DNA of 64,000 nucleotides, taken from an uncultured delta proteobacterium. Lineage in GTDB: Bacteria > Desulfobacterota > Syntrophia > Syntrophales > UBA5619. Below the pieces are notes generated by a model that did not search any database, had not been told where the DNA came from, and was given only the letters and a program-made list of their open reading frames with translations. The stretch is taken from NCBI GenBank assembly GCA_963817385.1, contig CAWFOM010000005.1, positions 320,001 through 384,000 of the forward strand, given 5' to 3'. Made by a program: the position numbers and the translations under genes. Below, one piece after another: positions 42,746 to 53,194 of the stretch; the first letter of the stretch is position 1, and every line of letters begins with the position of its first letter.

Positions 42746-44044
42746 CTATATCCGCTCGAGGACAATCGCCATCCCCTGGCCGCCGCCGATGCAAAGGGTG
42801 GCGAGCCCGAGGTTCAAGTCCCGCTTCCGCATCTGCATTGCCAGGCCATACGTGATTCGCGCGCCGGTGCAACCGATGGGGTGGCCGATGGAGATGCCGC
42901 TCCCGTTGAGGTTGCACTTCTCGAGGCCAATCCCCAATTCCCGCATGCAGGCGATGGCCTGGACGGCGAAGGCTTCGTTGAGTTCCACCAGGTCGATGTC
43001 CTTGATCGTAAGACCCAGCTTGCCGAAGACCCGCTTCGTTGCCGGGATGGGGCCGAGGCCCATGTAGGCGGGATCGACGCCCCCCGCCGCATAGCCCTTG
43101 ATCCGGGCGAGGGGCGTGAGGCCGAGTTCCTTTGCACGCTCTTCGGCCATGACGATCACCGCGGCGGCCCCATCGTTGATCCCGGAGGCGTTTCCGGCGG
43201 TGACGGTTCCGTCCTCTTTCTTGAAGGCCGGCGCGAGGGCGGCCAGCTTCTCGATCGAGGTCTCCATCGGGCGCTCATCCGTAGCGAAGACGAGGGGCGC
43301 CCCCTTCTTCCGGGGGATGGTGACGGGGACGATCTCGTCGGCCACGGCGCCGTTTGCGATGGCGGCCCTGGCCCGCTGGTGGCTTATCAGGGCGAGTTCG
43401 TCCTGCTCCCTCCGGGTGATGCCGTAGCGGGCGGCGATGTTCTCGGCCGTGAATCCCATATGATATCCGTTGAAGATCTCGTAGAGGCCGTCGAAGACGA
43501 CGAGGTCCGTGATCTTTCCAAAGGGCATGCTCATCCGGTACCCCCAGCGGGCATCCGGCAGGGCGAAGGGGGCGTTCGACATGTTCTCCATGCCGCCCGC
43601 CACGACGGCCTCCGCGTCTCCCGTTGTGATCGCCTGGGCAGCGAGCGTGATCGCCTTCATGCCCGAGGCGCAGACCTTGTTAACGGTGATGGCATTGGTC
43701 TCCTCGGGGAGCCCCGCATAGATGCTCGCCTGACGTCCCGGATTCTGTCCGAGCCCCGCCTGGAGCACGTTTCCCATGATGCACTCATCGAAATAGACGG
43801 GGGTGAGTGCTTCCGGATAATCATAATATCTCTTCTGGATCTCCGTTTTATCGGTATCCGTAAAGATCTCGGGACAGCAGGCGCGGACCGCGGAACTGAC
43901 TTCCGGTCTGAGTCCGGCCCTGCGGATTGCCTCTTTGATGACCAGTGCACCCAGATCGACGGCCCGCACATCCTTGAGCGATCCGCCGAAGCTGCCCACG
44001 GCGGTCCTTGCCCCGCTTACGATCACGACGTCTCTCATGAGCAT
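42746..44044 (-). CDS. Acetyl-CoA C-acetyltransferase (thiolase)
   Basis: NKVCASG, NEAF, GHPIG, CIGGG. Confidence 0.96.
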   Translation of the reverse strand: MLMRDVVIVSGARTAVGSFGGSLKDVRAVDLGALVIKEAIRRAGLRPEVSSAVRACCPEIFTDTDKTEIQKRYYDYPEALTPVYFDECIMGNVLQAGLGQNPGRQASIYAGLPEETNAITVNKVCASGMKAITLAAQAITTGDAEAVVAGGMENMSNAPFALPDARWGYRMSMPFGKITDLVVFDGLYEIFNGYHMGFTAENIAARYGITRREQDELALISHQRARAAIANGAVADEIVPVTIPRKKGAPLVFATDERPMETSIEKLAALAPAFKKEDGTVTAGNASGINDGAAAVIVMAEERAKELGLTPLARIKGYAAGGVDPAYMGLGPIPATKRVFGKLGLTIKDIDLVELNEAFAVQAIACMRELGIGLEKCNLNGSGISIGHPIGCTGARITYGLAMQMRKRDLNLGLATLCIGGGQGMAIVLERI

Positions 44045-44114
44045 CCGTCTCCTTTCTGGAAGTTCACGGGAAAAATTCTCCCTCTCCCGGCACGAGGGGA
44101 TCGAGGGGAGAGGG

Positions 44115-45474
44115 TTACACCCGGATCAGCATTGCGTCTCCCTGGGCGGCCCCGGAACAGATGCCGCAGACGCCGAGGCCCCCGCCCCGCCTCCTCAGCT
44201 CATAGGCGAGGGTCATCAGGATCCGCGCCCCGGTCGCCCCGATGGGGTGGCCGTAGGCGATAGCGCTGCCGTTTACATTGACCTTGGCGAACATCTCCTC
44301 TTTCGTCATGCCCAGGATAGAGCGGGCGCTGACGAGGACGACCGCGGCGAATGCCTCGTTGATCTCGATCAGGTTGATCCGGTCAAGGGTCAGTTCGTTT
44401 TGATCGAGGATCTTGCGAATCGCCAGACCCGGCACCGTGGCGATGTCCTTCGGAGTCTGGGAGACCTCCGCATAATCGACGATCGTGCAGAGGGGTTTGA
44501 TCCCGATTTCGGCGGCCCGTTCGGCGCTCATCAGGAGGCAGACGTCACCCCCATCGTTTACCCCCGGCGCGTTTCCTGCGGTGACGCTCCCCGGCCCACC
44601 GGTGACCGTGCTCTTATGGCCGAAGACCGGCGGCAGCTTGGAGAGCCCCTCGATGGTCGTCTCCGGCCGGGGACCCTCGTCCTGGCTCAGGACGGAGGTT
44701 TTCTTCCCCTCCCGGATCTCGACGGGGAAGATCTCGTCATCCAGGCGGCCCGTCTTCATCGCTTCGACGGCGGCAAGCTGGGAATGAAGCGCCCACTCGT
44801 CCTGATCCGCGCGGCTGAAACCGAATTCGTCGGCTACTTCCGAGCCGTGGAGCGCCATGTGGCGGTTGTAAAAGGCGCACCAGAGGCCGTCGTTTACCAT
44901 CAAATCCAGGACAGGCCGCGAAGGAAGGCCCATCCGGCTTCCCCAGCGCATCTCCGTCAGGCCGAAGGGGGCATTGGTCATGCTCTCCTGGCCGCCGGCG
45001 ATACAGATCTCCGCCCGGCCGAGTTGGATCATCTGGACAAGCGAGATCGACCGTCTTGATCCCGGAAGAGCAGACCTTGTTTACGGTGATGCTGGGGACC
45101 GATTCGGGAAGCCCCGCCAGGATGGTCGCCTGGCGGCTCGGGACCTGGCCGCTTCCCGCGGCCACGACCTGCCCCATGAAGACGTAGTCCACGTCGGCAG
45201 GGCTGACCTTGCCGTTCGTCCGGCGGAGGACCTCTTTGATGGCCAGGGCGCCGAGTTCCGGGGCGGTGAAGCCCTTGAGCGCCCCGCCGAAGCGGCCGTA
45301 GGGGGTCCGGCAGGCCTCGACGAGGACGACCTCCCGGAGACCCGCGGCCCGGTTTTTCTTCCGGGCCGGCGCCGGGATTGCGGGTTTCCGCTCACCGTGC
45401 CCCGCCACGGGGGCGCAGGCGTATTTCCCCGACAGTGTCTGATCCAGTTTCTGGGGTATCTTGTCCATACTCAC
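44115..45474 (-). CDS. Acetyl-CoA C-acyltransferase (thiolase) with N-terminal extension (apparent frameshift near 45040)
   Basis: RTPYG, NKVCSSG, NEAF, GHPIGATG, CSGAAQG. Confidence 0.92.
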
Positions 45475-46928
45475 TCTTCAATCCTTTCGACAAATTCTAT
45501 TTCACGGGGGACCTTGTAGGAAGAGAGATAGGTCCGGCAATGCCTGAGCAGTTCCCGCTCCTCGATTGCCGCTCCGGGTTTCCTGACGACGAGCGCCTTG
45601 ACGATCTCTCCCCTGAGCAGATCCTCCTTGCCGACAATGCTGGCCGTCAGCACGTCGGGATAGAGGCCGAGGACAATCTCGATCTCCCGGGGGTAGACGT
45701 TAAAGCCGCTGGTGATGATCATCCGCTTCTTCCGCCCGGTGAGGAAGATATAGCCGTCCTCGTCCATCCGGCCGAGATCGCCGGTGAAGAGCCAGCCGTC
45801 CCGGAGAACCTGGGCGGTCATCTCCTCATCCCGATAGTATCCCTTCATGATGTTTTCGCCCTTCAGGATGAGCTCGCCGACGGTCCCTCGCGGGACCTCC
45901 CGACCTTCCTCGTCAACGATCCTGGCCTCCACGTTGGGGATGGGGATGCCGATGGACCCCGGTTTCTGGGGCATGTCGAGACGGCTGAAGGAGGAGACGG
46001 GCGAAGCCTCGGTCAGGCCATACCCCTCCATGATCTTGACGCCGAACCGCTGTTCGAAGACAGGGATGAATTCCGGGGGCATTGCCGCGCCGCCGGTGAT
46101 GCAGACCTTCAGCGAATCGACCCGGTAGTTCTCGGCGCCGGCGTGGAACATCATGCCGAGGAAGAGGCGGGGGACGGCGGCGATATAGGTAACCTTTTCC
46201 TTTTCGATCGCTCCGAAGATCCCGTCGAGGGTGAAGCGCTCCATCAGGACGACCCCGGCGCCGATCCTGAGCGGCGCCAGCATGTTCGCCACGGCGCCGA
46301 AGGAGTGAAAGAGCGGGATGACGGCGAGGCCGATGTTCCTGTCATCCATATGGCAGATCGTTCGAAGGAGCAGCGACTGGGTCAGGAGGTTGTTATGGGT
46401 GAGGACGGCGCCGAGAGGCTTTCCCGTCAACCCCGCAGTATAGATCATGACGGCGGGATCGTCGCCCGCCATCTCCGGGATCTCCAGCGTATGGGGACCT
46501 CCCGCAATGATCCTGCCGAAGGAGGACTCCTTCTCCAGGCCGGTTGTCGTGATGAGGTGGCGGCAGAGGGGGAGTTCGCTTTGGATCTCCTCAAAGCGCT
46601 TTGCAAGCGTCTCCTGGGTGATCAGGCACCGGGTGTCGCTGTTGCCTAGGAGATGTTTGAGCTCATAAGGCGTGGACTGGACATTGAGGGTCACGGCGAC
46701 GCCGCCGATCTTCTGGACGGCGAAATAAGAGATCACAAACTCAGGACAGTTGGGGAGCATAAGCGCGATCTTGTCCCCTTTGCCGATCCCGAGCGACCGC
46801 AGATGGTTCCCCAGGGAGCACGCAGCGCGGTCAAGTTCCCGGTAGGTGATTTTTCTGTCGCCGTGGATGACGGCGATATTTCCCGCATACTGTTCGGCGC
46901 TTTCCGCCAGCATGTTCCCCAGACTCAT
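45471..46928 (-). CDS. Acyl-CoA ligase-like AMP-binding protein with degenerate motifs
   Basis: PLFH, EGYGLTE and TGDLG retained; P-loop reads YTAGLTGKPLG; no C-terminal PxxxxGK. Confidence 0.85.
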   Translation of the reverse strand: MSLGNMLAESAEQYAGNIAVIHGDRKITYRELDRAACSLGNHLRSLGIGKGDKIALMLPNCPEFVISYFAVQKIGGVAVTLNVQSTPYELKHLLGNSDTRCLITQETLAKRFEEIQSELPLCRHLITTTGLEKESSFGRIIAGGPHTLEIPEMAGDDPAVMIYTAGLTGKPLGAVLTHNNLLTQSLLLRTICHMDDRNIGLAVIPLFHSFGAVANMLAPLRIGAGVVLMERFTLDGIFGAIEKEKVTYIAAVPRLFLGMMFHAGAENYRVDSLKVCITGGAAMPPEFIPVFEQRFGVKIMEGYGLTEASPVSSFSRLDMPQKPGSIGIPIPNVEARIVDEEGREVPRGTVGELILKGENIMKGYYRDEEMTAQVLRDGWLFTGDLGRMDEDGYIFLTGRKKRMIITSGFNVYPREIEIVLGLYPDVLTASIVGKEDLLRGEIVKALVVRKPGAAIEERELLRHCRTYLSSYKVPREIEFVERIEE

Positions 46929-47156
46929 TACTCGCTTCCAACCTCTTAATTTTTCGCTCTTCCTTAACACAGGAGAAGAAGGCATTTCAATAGAATAAAA
47001 ACGCAACCCATCGTCGTTTAACTGCGGGCATCCCACGCTCCTGGCGGGCGAGGATTGATTAATAGAAGGAGAATGCGGATAGCTTCAATTTATGCCTTTT
47101 TACGAGGGCGTCATGAAGTGTCGGGTGATGATTCCGCGATTTTTGTGCGATTTTTC

Positions 47157-47185
47157 TTGATTGGATACTGGCTTTTCCCTATAAT
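47157..47185 (+). promoter_or_regulatory. Sigma70 promoter for the YtfJ-like gene
   Basis: TTGATT-N17-TATAAT. Confidence 0.55.
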
Positions 47186-47343
47186 GCGAGCAATTCATCG
47201 AACTGTGTTCGCGGGCGGAAAACTGCCATGGTTTTCGGAACTTCACGGAGGATGCCGTCTGCCCTGCCGGTGAGATCGGATTCATAGATTTTAAACCGAT
47301 TATTCGTCTTCGAGAGTCGATCATTGAATAAGGAGGAAGGGGT

Positions 47344-47880
47344 ATGAAAAAAGCCGTTGTGATGCTGCTGCTTGCGCTGGTGTGGACCGTTTCCGCAGCC
47401 GGTGCCGCCGAACTCAAGATTGGAGATAAGGCCCCGGATTTCAAACTGAAGGATTCGACCGGCAAGGAGTACTCCCTTGAGGACCCGCGGTTCAAAGGGA
47501 AGGTCCTCTATGTCGCCTATGTGGACCCCGACGAGAAGGACACGAACAACCACGTGGAGGACACCCTGAAGAGGGAGAGGGATTCGGGCGGACTGGACAA
47601 GGCCCGTTACGAAGGATTCGGGATCGTCAACCTGAAGGCATCGAATCTCCCGAATTTCCTCATCAAGGCGTCTATCAAGAGTAAGCAGGAGAAGACCGGT
47701 GCGGTCATCCTGCTCGATTACGACTATACCATCCTCAACCTCTGGGGGGTGAAGAACGATTCCTCCGATGTGGTTGTCCTGGATAAGGAGCGCATCTGCC
47801 GCTATGTTTACAACGGCAAACTGCCGCCGGAAGAGCTTGCCAAGATGATCCAGACCATCAAGGAGTACCAAGTCAAATAG
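47344..47880 (+). CDS. Exported thioredoxin-fold protein without CxxC (YtfJ-like)
   Basis: Signal peptide, IGDKAPDFKLKD, VVVLDK; AGGAGG SD. Confidence 0.7.
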   Translation: MKKAVVMLLLALVWTVSAAGAAELKIGDKAPDFKLKDSTGKEYSLEDPRFKGKVLYVAYVDPDEKDTNNHVEDTLKRERDSGGLDKARYEGFGIVNLKASNLPNFLIKASIKSKQEKTGAVILLDYDYTILNLWGVKNDSSDVVVLDKERICRYVYNGKLPPEELAKMIQTIKEYQVK

Positions 47881-47909
47881 CGGAGGGCGAGGGGGAAGGG
47901 AAAGATCCA

Positions 47910-49070
47910 TCACCTCCTTTCCTCCTCGGTTCGTTGCCGCAGGAGTTCTTCGTAGATCACCGCGACACTTGCGGCCGCCTCATCCCAGGTATGGCTAAGG
48001 GCTGTTTCCCTGGCTGCCCGTCCCATTCGTTCCCGCGTGTCTTCCGGAAGCATCAGGCCGAGTTTTCGGGCGATCTCCTCCGGGCCGGCCTCTACCGGGA
48101 CGATGCAGCCGTTCACCCCTTCCCGGATGAGGTCACTGACCCCCATGCGGTCGCTGACGAGGACCGGCAGCGAGGCGGCCATGGCCTCGAGGACAACCAT
48201 CCCGAAGGTGTCGAACCGGGAGGGCATCGCATAGAGATCGGAGGCCGGATAGAACGTCTTGAGCCTTTCGGTCGGGATGACGCCGGCGAAGGCGACCCGC
48301 TCGCCGATCCCCAGCGACGTTGCCAGCGACACGTACTTCCTGACGGTTCCCTTTCCGACGACGAGGAGGCGAAACGCAGGTGCCGACGGCCTTTTCGCGA
48401 GAATGGCCAGGGCCTTCATAAGGACGTCGAGCCCCTTGAGCTCGAAATTCATCGACACGAAGAGGATGATCTTCTCGCCGGGGGAGAAGCCGAATTGCGT
48501 AGCTATCTCCTTGCGGCACGAGGGGCGGTCCATCTTCTCGTACCGCCCGGGATCGATACCGGGATGGATGACGCGGACCCGATCCGGTGTGACGGGATGC
48601 TCTTGAAGGAAAATATCCCGCGTCAAGCCGGAGACGGGGAGGAAAAGCCGGCAACGGAGGTCGCGGACAAGAGCGTCCTCCACGCGAGCCGTGGCCCGGT
48701 CGAAAAGGCTCGGCCTTTTGCGCCGCACCTCCCGGACCCAGAATCGATGGGGAACACCGTGGAGGGTGGCAAGATCGGCTGTGAAGATGCGGTCGTGGGC
48801 GTGGATGAGGTCGATCCCCGCTTTCCGGATCCGTCGGTCCGCGAAATAGGCGAAGCTGGGCGTCGTCAGAAACTTGGGAAAAGAGAGGATCGGAACCTTG
48901 TGAAACCGTATGCGATCGGAACCGGGAATCCAGCGGTTGGCGAAGACGTGGAACTCCAAACGGGGATCGCGGGCTAGCCTCTCCGTGAGTTCGGCGGCAA
49001 AGCCTTCCGCCCCCCCGACAAGGCCGTATTTCGGTATCACCACGGCGATTCTTAAGACGCGCTCGGCCAT
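47910..49070 (-). CDS. Glycosyltransferase family 4 (WaaG/RfaG-like)
   Basis: GGAE, KGLD, PSRFDTFGMVVLEAMAASLP. Confidence 0.9.
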   Translation of the reverse strand: MAERVLRIAVVIPKYGLVGGAEGFAAELTERLARDPRLEFHVFANRWIPGSDRIRFHKVPILSFPKFLTTPSFAYFADRRIRKAGIDLIHAHDRIFTADLATLHGVPHRFWVREVRRKRPSLFDRATARVEDALVRDLRCRLFLPVSGLTRDIFLQEHPVTPDRVRVIHPGIDPGRYEKMDRPSCRKEIATQFGFSPGEKIILFVSMNFELKGLDVLMKALAILAKRPSAPAFRLLVVGKGTVRKYVSLATSLGIGERVAFAGVIPTERLKTFYPASDLYAMPSRFDTFGMVVLEAMAASLPVLVSDRMGVSDLIREGVNGCIVPVEAGPEEIARKLGLMLPEDTRERMGRAARETALSHTWDEAAASVAVIYEELLRQRTEEERR

Positions 49071-49075
49071 CTTGG

Positions 49076-50683
49076 TCACCGTACCTTGAAGAGGATGATC
49101 TTCCCCGAGTCCCGATGATGCCACGAGCCGAGCGGGATGAAGTCCCGCTCATAGGGCGAGGCGAGAAAATCGAAGCGTCCGGTCGGCCAGTTCTTTTCCT
49201 CCCACACAAGGTACTGTATCCCTCTCGATTTCACAAATTTGAGAAACTGGCCGTAGTCGTTTCCGATCAGCTGCTTGTATTTATCGTAGTCATCGGGGCA
49301 GGGGGCGCCGGGGAAGTGCAGATTGGCATAAAACCACACCCAGCGCTGAGAGCCGCCAATCGTCAGGATCTCGATTTTTTTTGCATTTCCCTCCAAGCCC
49401 GCAATGGCTTCCCCCACCGTCTTGAAGATGATTTTGTCCTCCCCTCGTGGTTTCAAGTTTTTCGGCAGGCCGAAGGCCAAGATCAACAGGCAGACCAGCA
49501 GCAGCACCACGCCTCTTTGCATAGTGAATTTTGATTGCAGTAACGAGATTAGCCGCTCCAACCCAACACCCAGAAAGATGAAGGAGGGGAGAAGGGCGAG
49601 GGAGAGCCATCGGTTTTCCATCTGCCAATAGACGAAAAGAGAGCAGTAGAGCAAAAGAAAAGCGGCGGGCACGAGCAGGCAAAAATAGAGCACCCGCACA
49701 TCGTTTCTGATCCGCTGCCCCATGGCTCCCAGTCCCATGAGGTAGAAGAGAAAAAATGGATAATAGTAGGCCTCCAGGGTATTTTGAAAAATGACGCCGA
49801 ATCCGACGAACCAGAGGATCCCTTCAATCTTATCGAAGAATTCCGTCGGAATGCCGACTTTCGGGTGACTGGTCAGCTCGGCGAGCTGCACCTTGATCTC
49901 GTGATACTGAGAAAGAAAAGCGGAAGCCCTCTGGGGGATGTCCGCGAGGCGATACCAGTTGACCCGCTCCTGGTGAAGTAGCAGCTGACTACCAATGGCT
50001 GTGAATAAAATGACGACAGCAGGAAGGAGAAAGACGGACGCTCTCCGGAGGCGTTTTTCTTCCCGGTCCATCAGGAAGTAGATCGGTGAGCAAGCGACAA
50101 AGAGGAAAAATTCGATCCGAGTCCAGGCGGCGATAATGAACGCGATACTGCTCATTATCAGATCGAGGTCGCTTTGCTTTTTGTCTTTGGTGAAGAGGTA
50201 AAGACCGAGCGTCAGAAAAAACCAGGCCGTGGAATCTCTAACGATGTCGACGCTGCCGTCAATGAGTGTCGGATTAAGAGCGTAAACCAATGCAACAACC
50301 GCTGAAATATCCTTGTTGAAAAAGCGTCTGGCAAGCAGATAGAGCGGTACCAGGGTAATAGTTCCAAAGAAGAGGGAAACGAACGTGCCGGCGGCGACCC
50401 AGTCGCCAAGGATCGGATAAACTGCGGCAATGCCAAGTGTTGTAACGGTCGGAAATGAGGCTGTGCTGCACGTGTTGACTGAATCCCAGAGGCCGTAATA
50501 GATGGCCCTTGCCTGGTTTATATAAATGGCGCCGTCCGGATTGATAACACCGGTATGCTGCCAGGCGAACAGGCGAAGCACCAATCCGAGGGTGAAGATA
50601 AGGAGAATCAGGACGATATGGTTCTTCGAGGATCCCGAAGCATGTTCTGGAAACAAGAAATCCCGTCCGCCGACCGATGGCAT
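49076..50683 (-). CDS. GT-C fold membrane glycosyltransferase (GT39/ArnT-like)
   Basis: Multiple TM helices, luminal D after TM1 (INPDG), RD, WTRIE; AAGGAG SD before ATG at 50683. Confidence 0.7.
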   Translation of the reverse strand: MPSVGGRDFLFPEHASGSSKNHIVLILLIFTLGLVLRLFAWQHTGVINPDGAIYINQARAIYYGLWDSVNTCSTASFPTVTTLGIAAVYPILGDWVAAGTFVSLFFGTITLVPLYLLARRFFNKDISAVVALVYALNPTLIDGSVDIVRDSTAWFFLTLGLYLFTKDKKQSDLDLIMSSIAFIIAAWTRIEFFLFVACSPIYFLMDREEKRLRRASVFLLPAVVILFTAIGSQLLLHQERVNWYRLADIPQRASAFLSQYHEIKVQLAELTSHPKVGIPTEFFDKIEGILWFVGFGVIFQNTLEAYYYPFFLFYLMGLGAMGQRIRNDVRVLYFCLLVPAAFLLLYCSLFVYWQMENRWLSLALLPSFIFLGVGLERLISLLQSKFTMQRGVVLLLVCLLILAFGLPKNLKPRGEDKIIFKTVGEAIAGLEGNAKKIEILTIGGSQRWVWFYANLHFPGAPCPDDYDKYKQLIGNDYGQFLKFVKSRGIQYLVWEEKNWPTGRFDFLASPYERDFIPLGSWHHRDSGKIILFKVR

Positions 50684-51097
50684 CAAACTTCTCCTTTTTT
50701 TGATGCCGTTGTCTATCATAAAAGATGAACGCACGCAATGATCCGCGTTTTCCGGTAGTCCATAGAGATAATTCGTCATCCCTGATGCTAAACCGAGGAG
50801 AATCCTTTGGATGACGATCCGGTCATAGCGGGATATGCATTGCCGGATTAAGATGAGTTTTGCGTGCTGTCATTTTTGTGGATTTTTCAAAGGTCAACTC
50901 TTTGAAGAATATTTAATAACGAAACAATGGGGAAAATCCTTTCCTTTAATGCCGTCATGTCGTATAGAGACGCGGTAGGTTTTGTAATCTTCATATTTGA
51001 TTATTTAGACTACAACCCAAAGACATATGAGGGCTCTGAATTTTTTCTGAACATCTCCGTGATTGTGCGTTTGGGAGATGGGTTATTCTTTCCGGTA

Positions 51098-52171
51098 ATG
51101 AAAAATAGTCTGAACGTACAAAGTATTGAAAATATTTTATTGATTCAGCTCGGCGACATCGGAGATGTGGTTCTTTCAATACCTTCCATCAGAGCCTTAC
51201 GTGAGAATTTTCCTTGTGCCCGTCTGCTGGTTGCTGTCAGAGAAAAAGCCAAAGAATTGATTGAAGACTGTCGCTGGGTGACAGGTGTAATCCCAATCAG
51301 TAAAGATAAAAGAGGGCTTACTCAGGAAATTTCATATCAGATAGATTTTTTTTCGCGTTTGAGAAACCATGCCTTTGATTTGGCAATCGATTTAAGAACG
51401 GGAGATCGCGGGGCGATATTGGCTTTTCTTACAGGAGCATCTCAACGAGTCGGATTTTATGCCCATGATGGGAAACTTTGGCGGAACCGAGTATTTACCC
51501 ATCTACAAAAAATTGATTATCCTCTCGGACAATATGTGGCGGAGTATTACTCAAGCCTAATGGCTGCTTATCACATCAAAACAGACCATGTTCTGCCTGA
51601 ACTTGAAATCTCCGAGAAAAAACTCAAAGACGTTCAACAACTTTTTATTGATGAGCATGTTCCGACAGATCGAGCGTTTGTTGCCATACAGCCTTTTTCT
51701 TTATGGCAATTTAAAGAGTGGGGAATTACGAATTATATTCAATTGATTGATCGTATTATCTCTGAATATCGACTCGCTGTGATTATTACCGGTTCGCCTG
51801 ATGAGCGGGCGCGTGCAATGAGCATCTCAACATGTTTTGGGAAAAACGTATTCAATCTGGCCGGAAAGACAACGATCGGTATGTTTGCTGCGGTCCTAAA
51901 AGTATGCAAGCTCTTTATCGGGGTAGATAGTGCGGGAATGCATATAGCCGGGGCCGTTGGTACACCAACCGTCAATATCTTCGGCCCATCTTCACCTGCT
52001 TCATGGGCCCCGAGAGGTCTGCAACATGCGGTGGTTTACAAACCGTTTTCCTGTGTGCCGTGCAGAATGAAAGGCTGTGAAGGAAAAGAAAAAAGTCGGT
52101 GTTTGGATGAATTAAGCGTGGATGAAGTCATGTCTGTGGTGAATACCCAGTTTGAGAAGATACTGGCGTAA
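51098..52171 (+). CDS. Glycosyltransferase family 9 (LPS heptosyltransferase)
   Basis: LGDIGDVVL, KEW, NLAGKT, DSAGMHIA, FGP. Confidence 0.92.
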   Translation: MKNSLNVQSIENILLIQLGDIGDVVLSIPSIRALRENFPCARLLVAVREKAKELIEDCRWVTGVIPISKDKRGLTQEISYQIDFFSRLRNHAFDLAIDLRTGDRGAILAFLTGASQRVGFYAHDGKLWRNRVFTHLQKIDYPLGQYVAEYYSSLMAAYHIKTDHVLPELEISEKKLKDVQQLFIDEHVPTDRAFVAIQPFSLWQFKEWGITNYIQLIDRIISEYRLAVIITGSPDERARAMSISTCFGKNVFNLAGKTTIGMFAAVLKVCKLFIGVDSAGMHIAGAVGTPTVNIFGPSSPASWAPRGLQHAVVYKPFSCVPCRMKGCEGKEKSRCLDELSVDEVMSVVNTQFEKILA

Positions 52172-52221
52172 AATATAATGATATTCGCTCTGCTGGATGA
52201 TTGTGGAAACGAAGGCGGTCA

Positions 52222-53133
52222 ATGACGATTTGCGGCTTCAGCTTTGGTAAAGATCTTGTCCGATTGAATTATCCGGTGGTGGAATCGGTACGCTCGGCGC
52301 TGTCGATATGCGATAGATTTGTATTTGTCGTCGGCCGGTCCGACGACGGTACGCGCGAGTTGATTGCCTCTGTTGACCCGAAGATCGAGATCATCGACAG
52401 TGATTGGCCTGATGTGAAAGTAGACGGTACCGTGCTTAGTATTGAGGCCAACAAGGCTATGGATTTGGCGAAAACTACCGATTGTGACTGGGGCTTGTAT
52501 ATCCAGGCTGATGAAGTAATTCACGAGGACGATCGGGAAAAGATTCGCGCAGCTTGTGAACATTGGTGCGACCATGATCAGGTAAAGTCCCTGCTGTTTA
52601 GATATCTACACTTTGTCTTGGATTATCAAACGACTGATCCTTGGATGTATCACAAGGCTTCCCGAATCGTTCGCTTGGACGACTCCTGTCACATCATCGG
52701 TGATGCCTGTGGCCCGGCTATCAGCGATTATGTCGGTGATGTCGGTAACCGCGACGGGTACCTTGACAAGAACTTTCTCGGCACCCATGTGCAATGGGCC
52801 GATTGGCCTACGACCGGATTCTTCAGCGGTCGTGCTCCCGCCCGGATATTCCACTACGGCTGGGTAAAGACAAGCATACAACTCGATGAGAAACTCGCCA
52901 TGGTTGAGAAACTGTGGTGGGGAACATTAAGCGAGGAAGAAAAGCACCGGCGTATGCAAAGTAAGTTCGGCCGATTTATCGAGCGATACCCAATCCTCAA
53001 GAATTACCGCGGCTCACATCCGGCGATCATGGATGACCGCATTGCCCGGCACCCGACATTCCAACCTTGGCGCAACCGCTGGGTGCAGCCTCGCTTTTAT
53101 TCTGAAGTTATCCTCCATGGCTTTCATGGATGA
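52222..53133 (+). CDS. Glycosyltransferase family 2-like protein
   Basis: YPVVES, SDDGT, YIQADE, HYGWV, HP. Confidence 0.8.
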   Translation: MTICGFSFGKDLVRLNYPVVESVRSALSICDRFVFVVGRSDDGTRELIASVDPKIEIIDSDWPDVKVDGTVLSIEANKAMDLAKTTDCDWGLYIQADEVIHEDDREKIRAACEHWCDHDQVKSLLFRYLHFVLDYQTTDPWMYHKASRIVRLDDSCHIIGDACGPAISDYVGDVGNRDGYLDKNFLGTHVQWADWPTTGFFSGRAPARIFHYGWVKTSIQLDEKLAMVEKLWWGTLSEEEKHRRMQSKFGRFIERYPILKNYRGSHPAIMDDRIARHPTFQPWRNRWVQPRFYSEVILHGFHG

Positions 53134-53194
53134 ATCCGATAATCGTTTCGGTAGGAAGTGACGAATATTTATAGCGGGGGAAGGGGGTTTTGTT

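Noticed and set aside
45400..45480. Ligase-thiolase fusion restoring the missing lysine via DKIPQKLDQTLSGKY
   Set aside because: Resembles PxTxSGK, but spacing from EFVE is wrong and the GTGA overlap is ordinary coupling; worth rechecking only if reads show an indel
34064..47036. Shared 14-mer TGCGGGCATCCCAC in two intergenic regions (about 34064 and 47023)
   Set aside because: Non-palindromic, only two copies, and several chance 14-mer matches are expected in 64 kb
50968..50982. ops/JUMPstart element before the LPS genes
   Set aside because: Only GCGGTAG matches; no flanking JUMPstart structure
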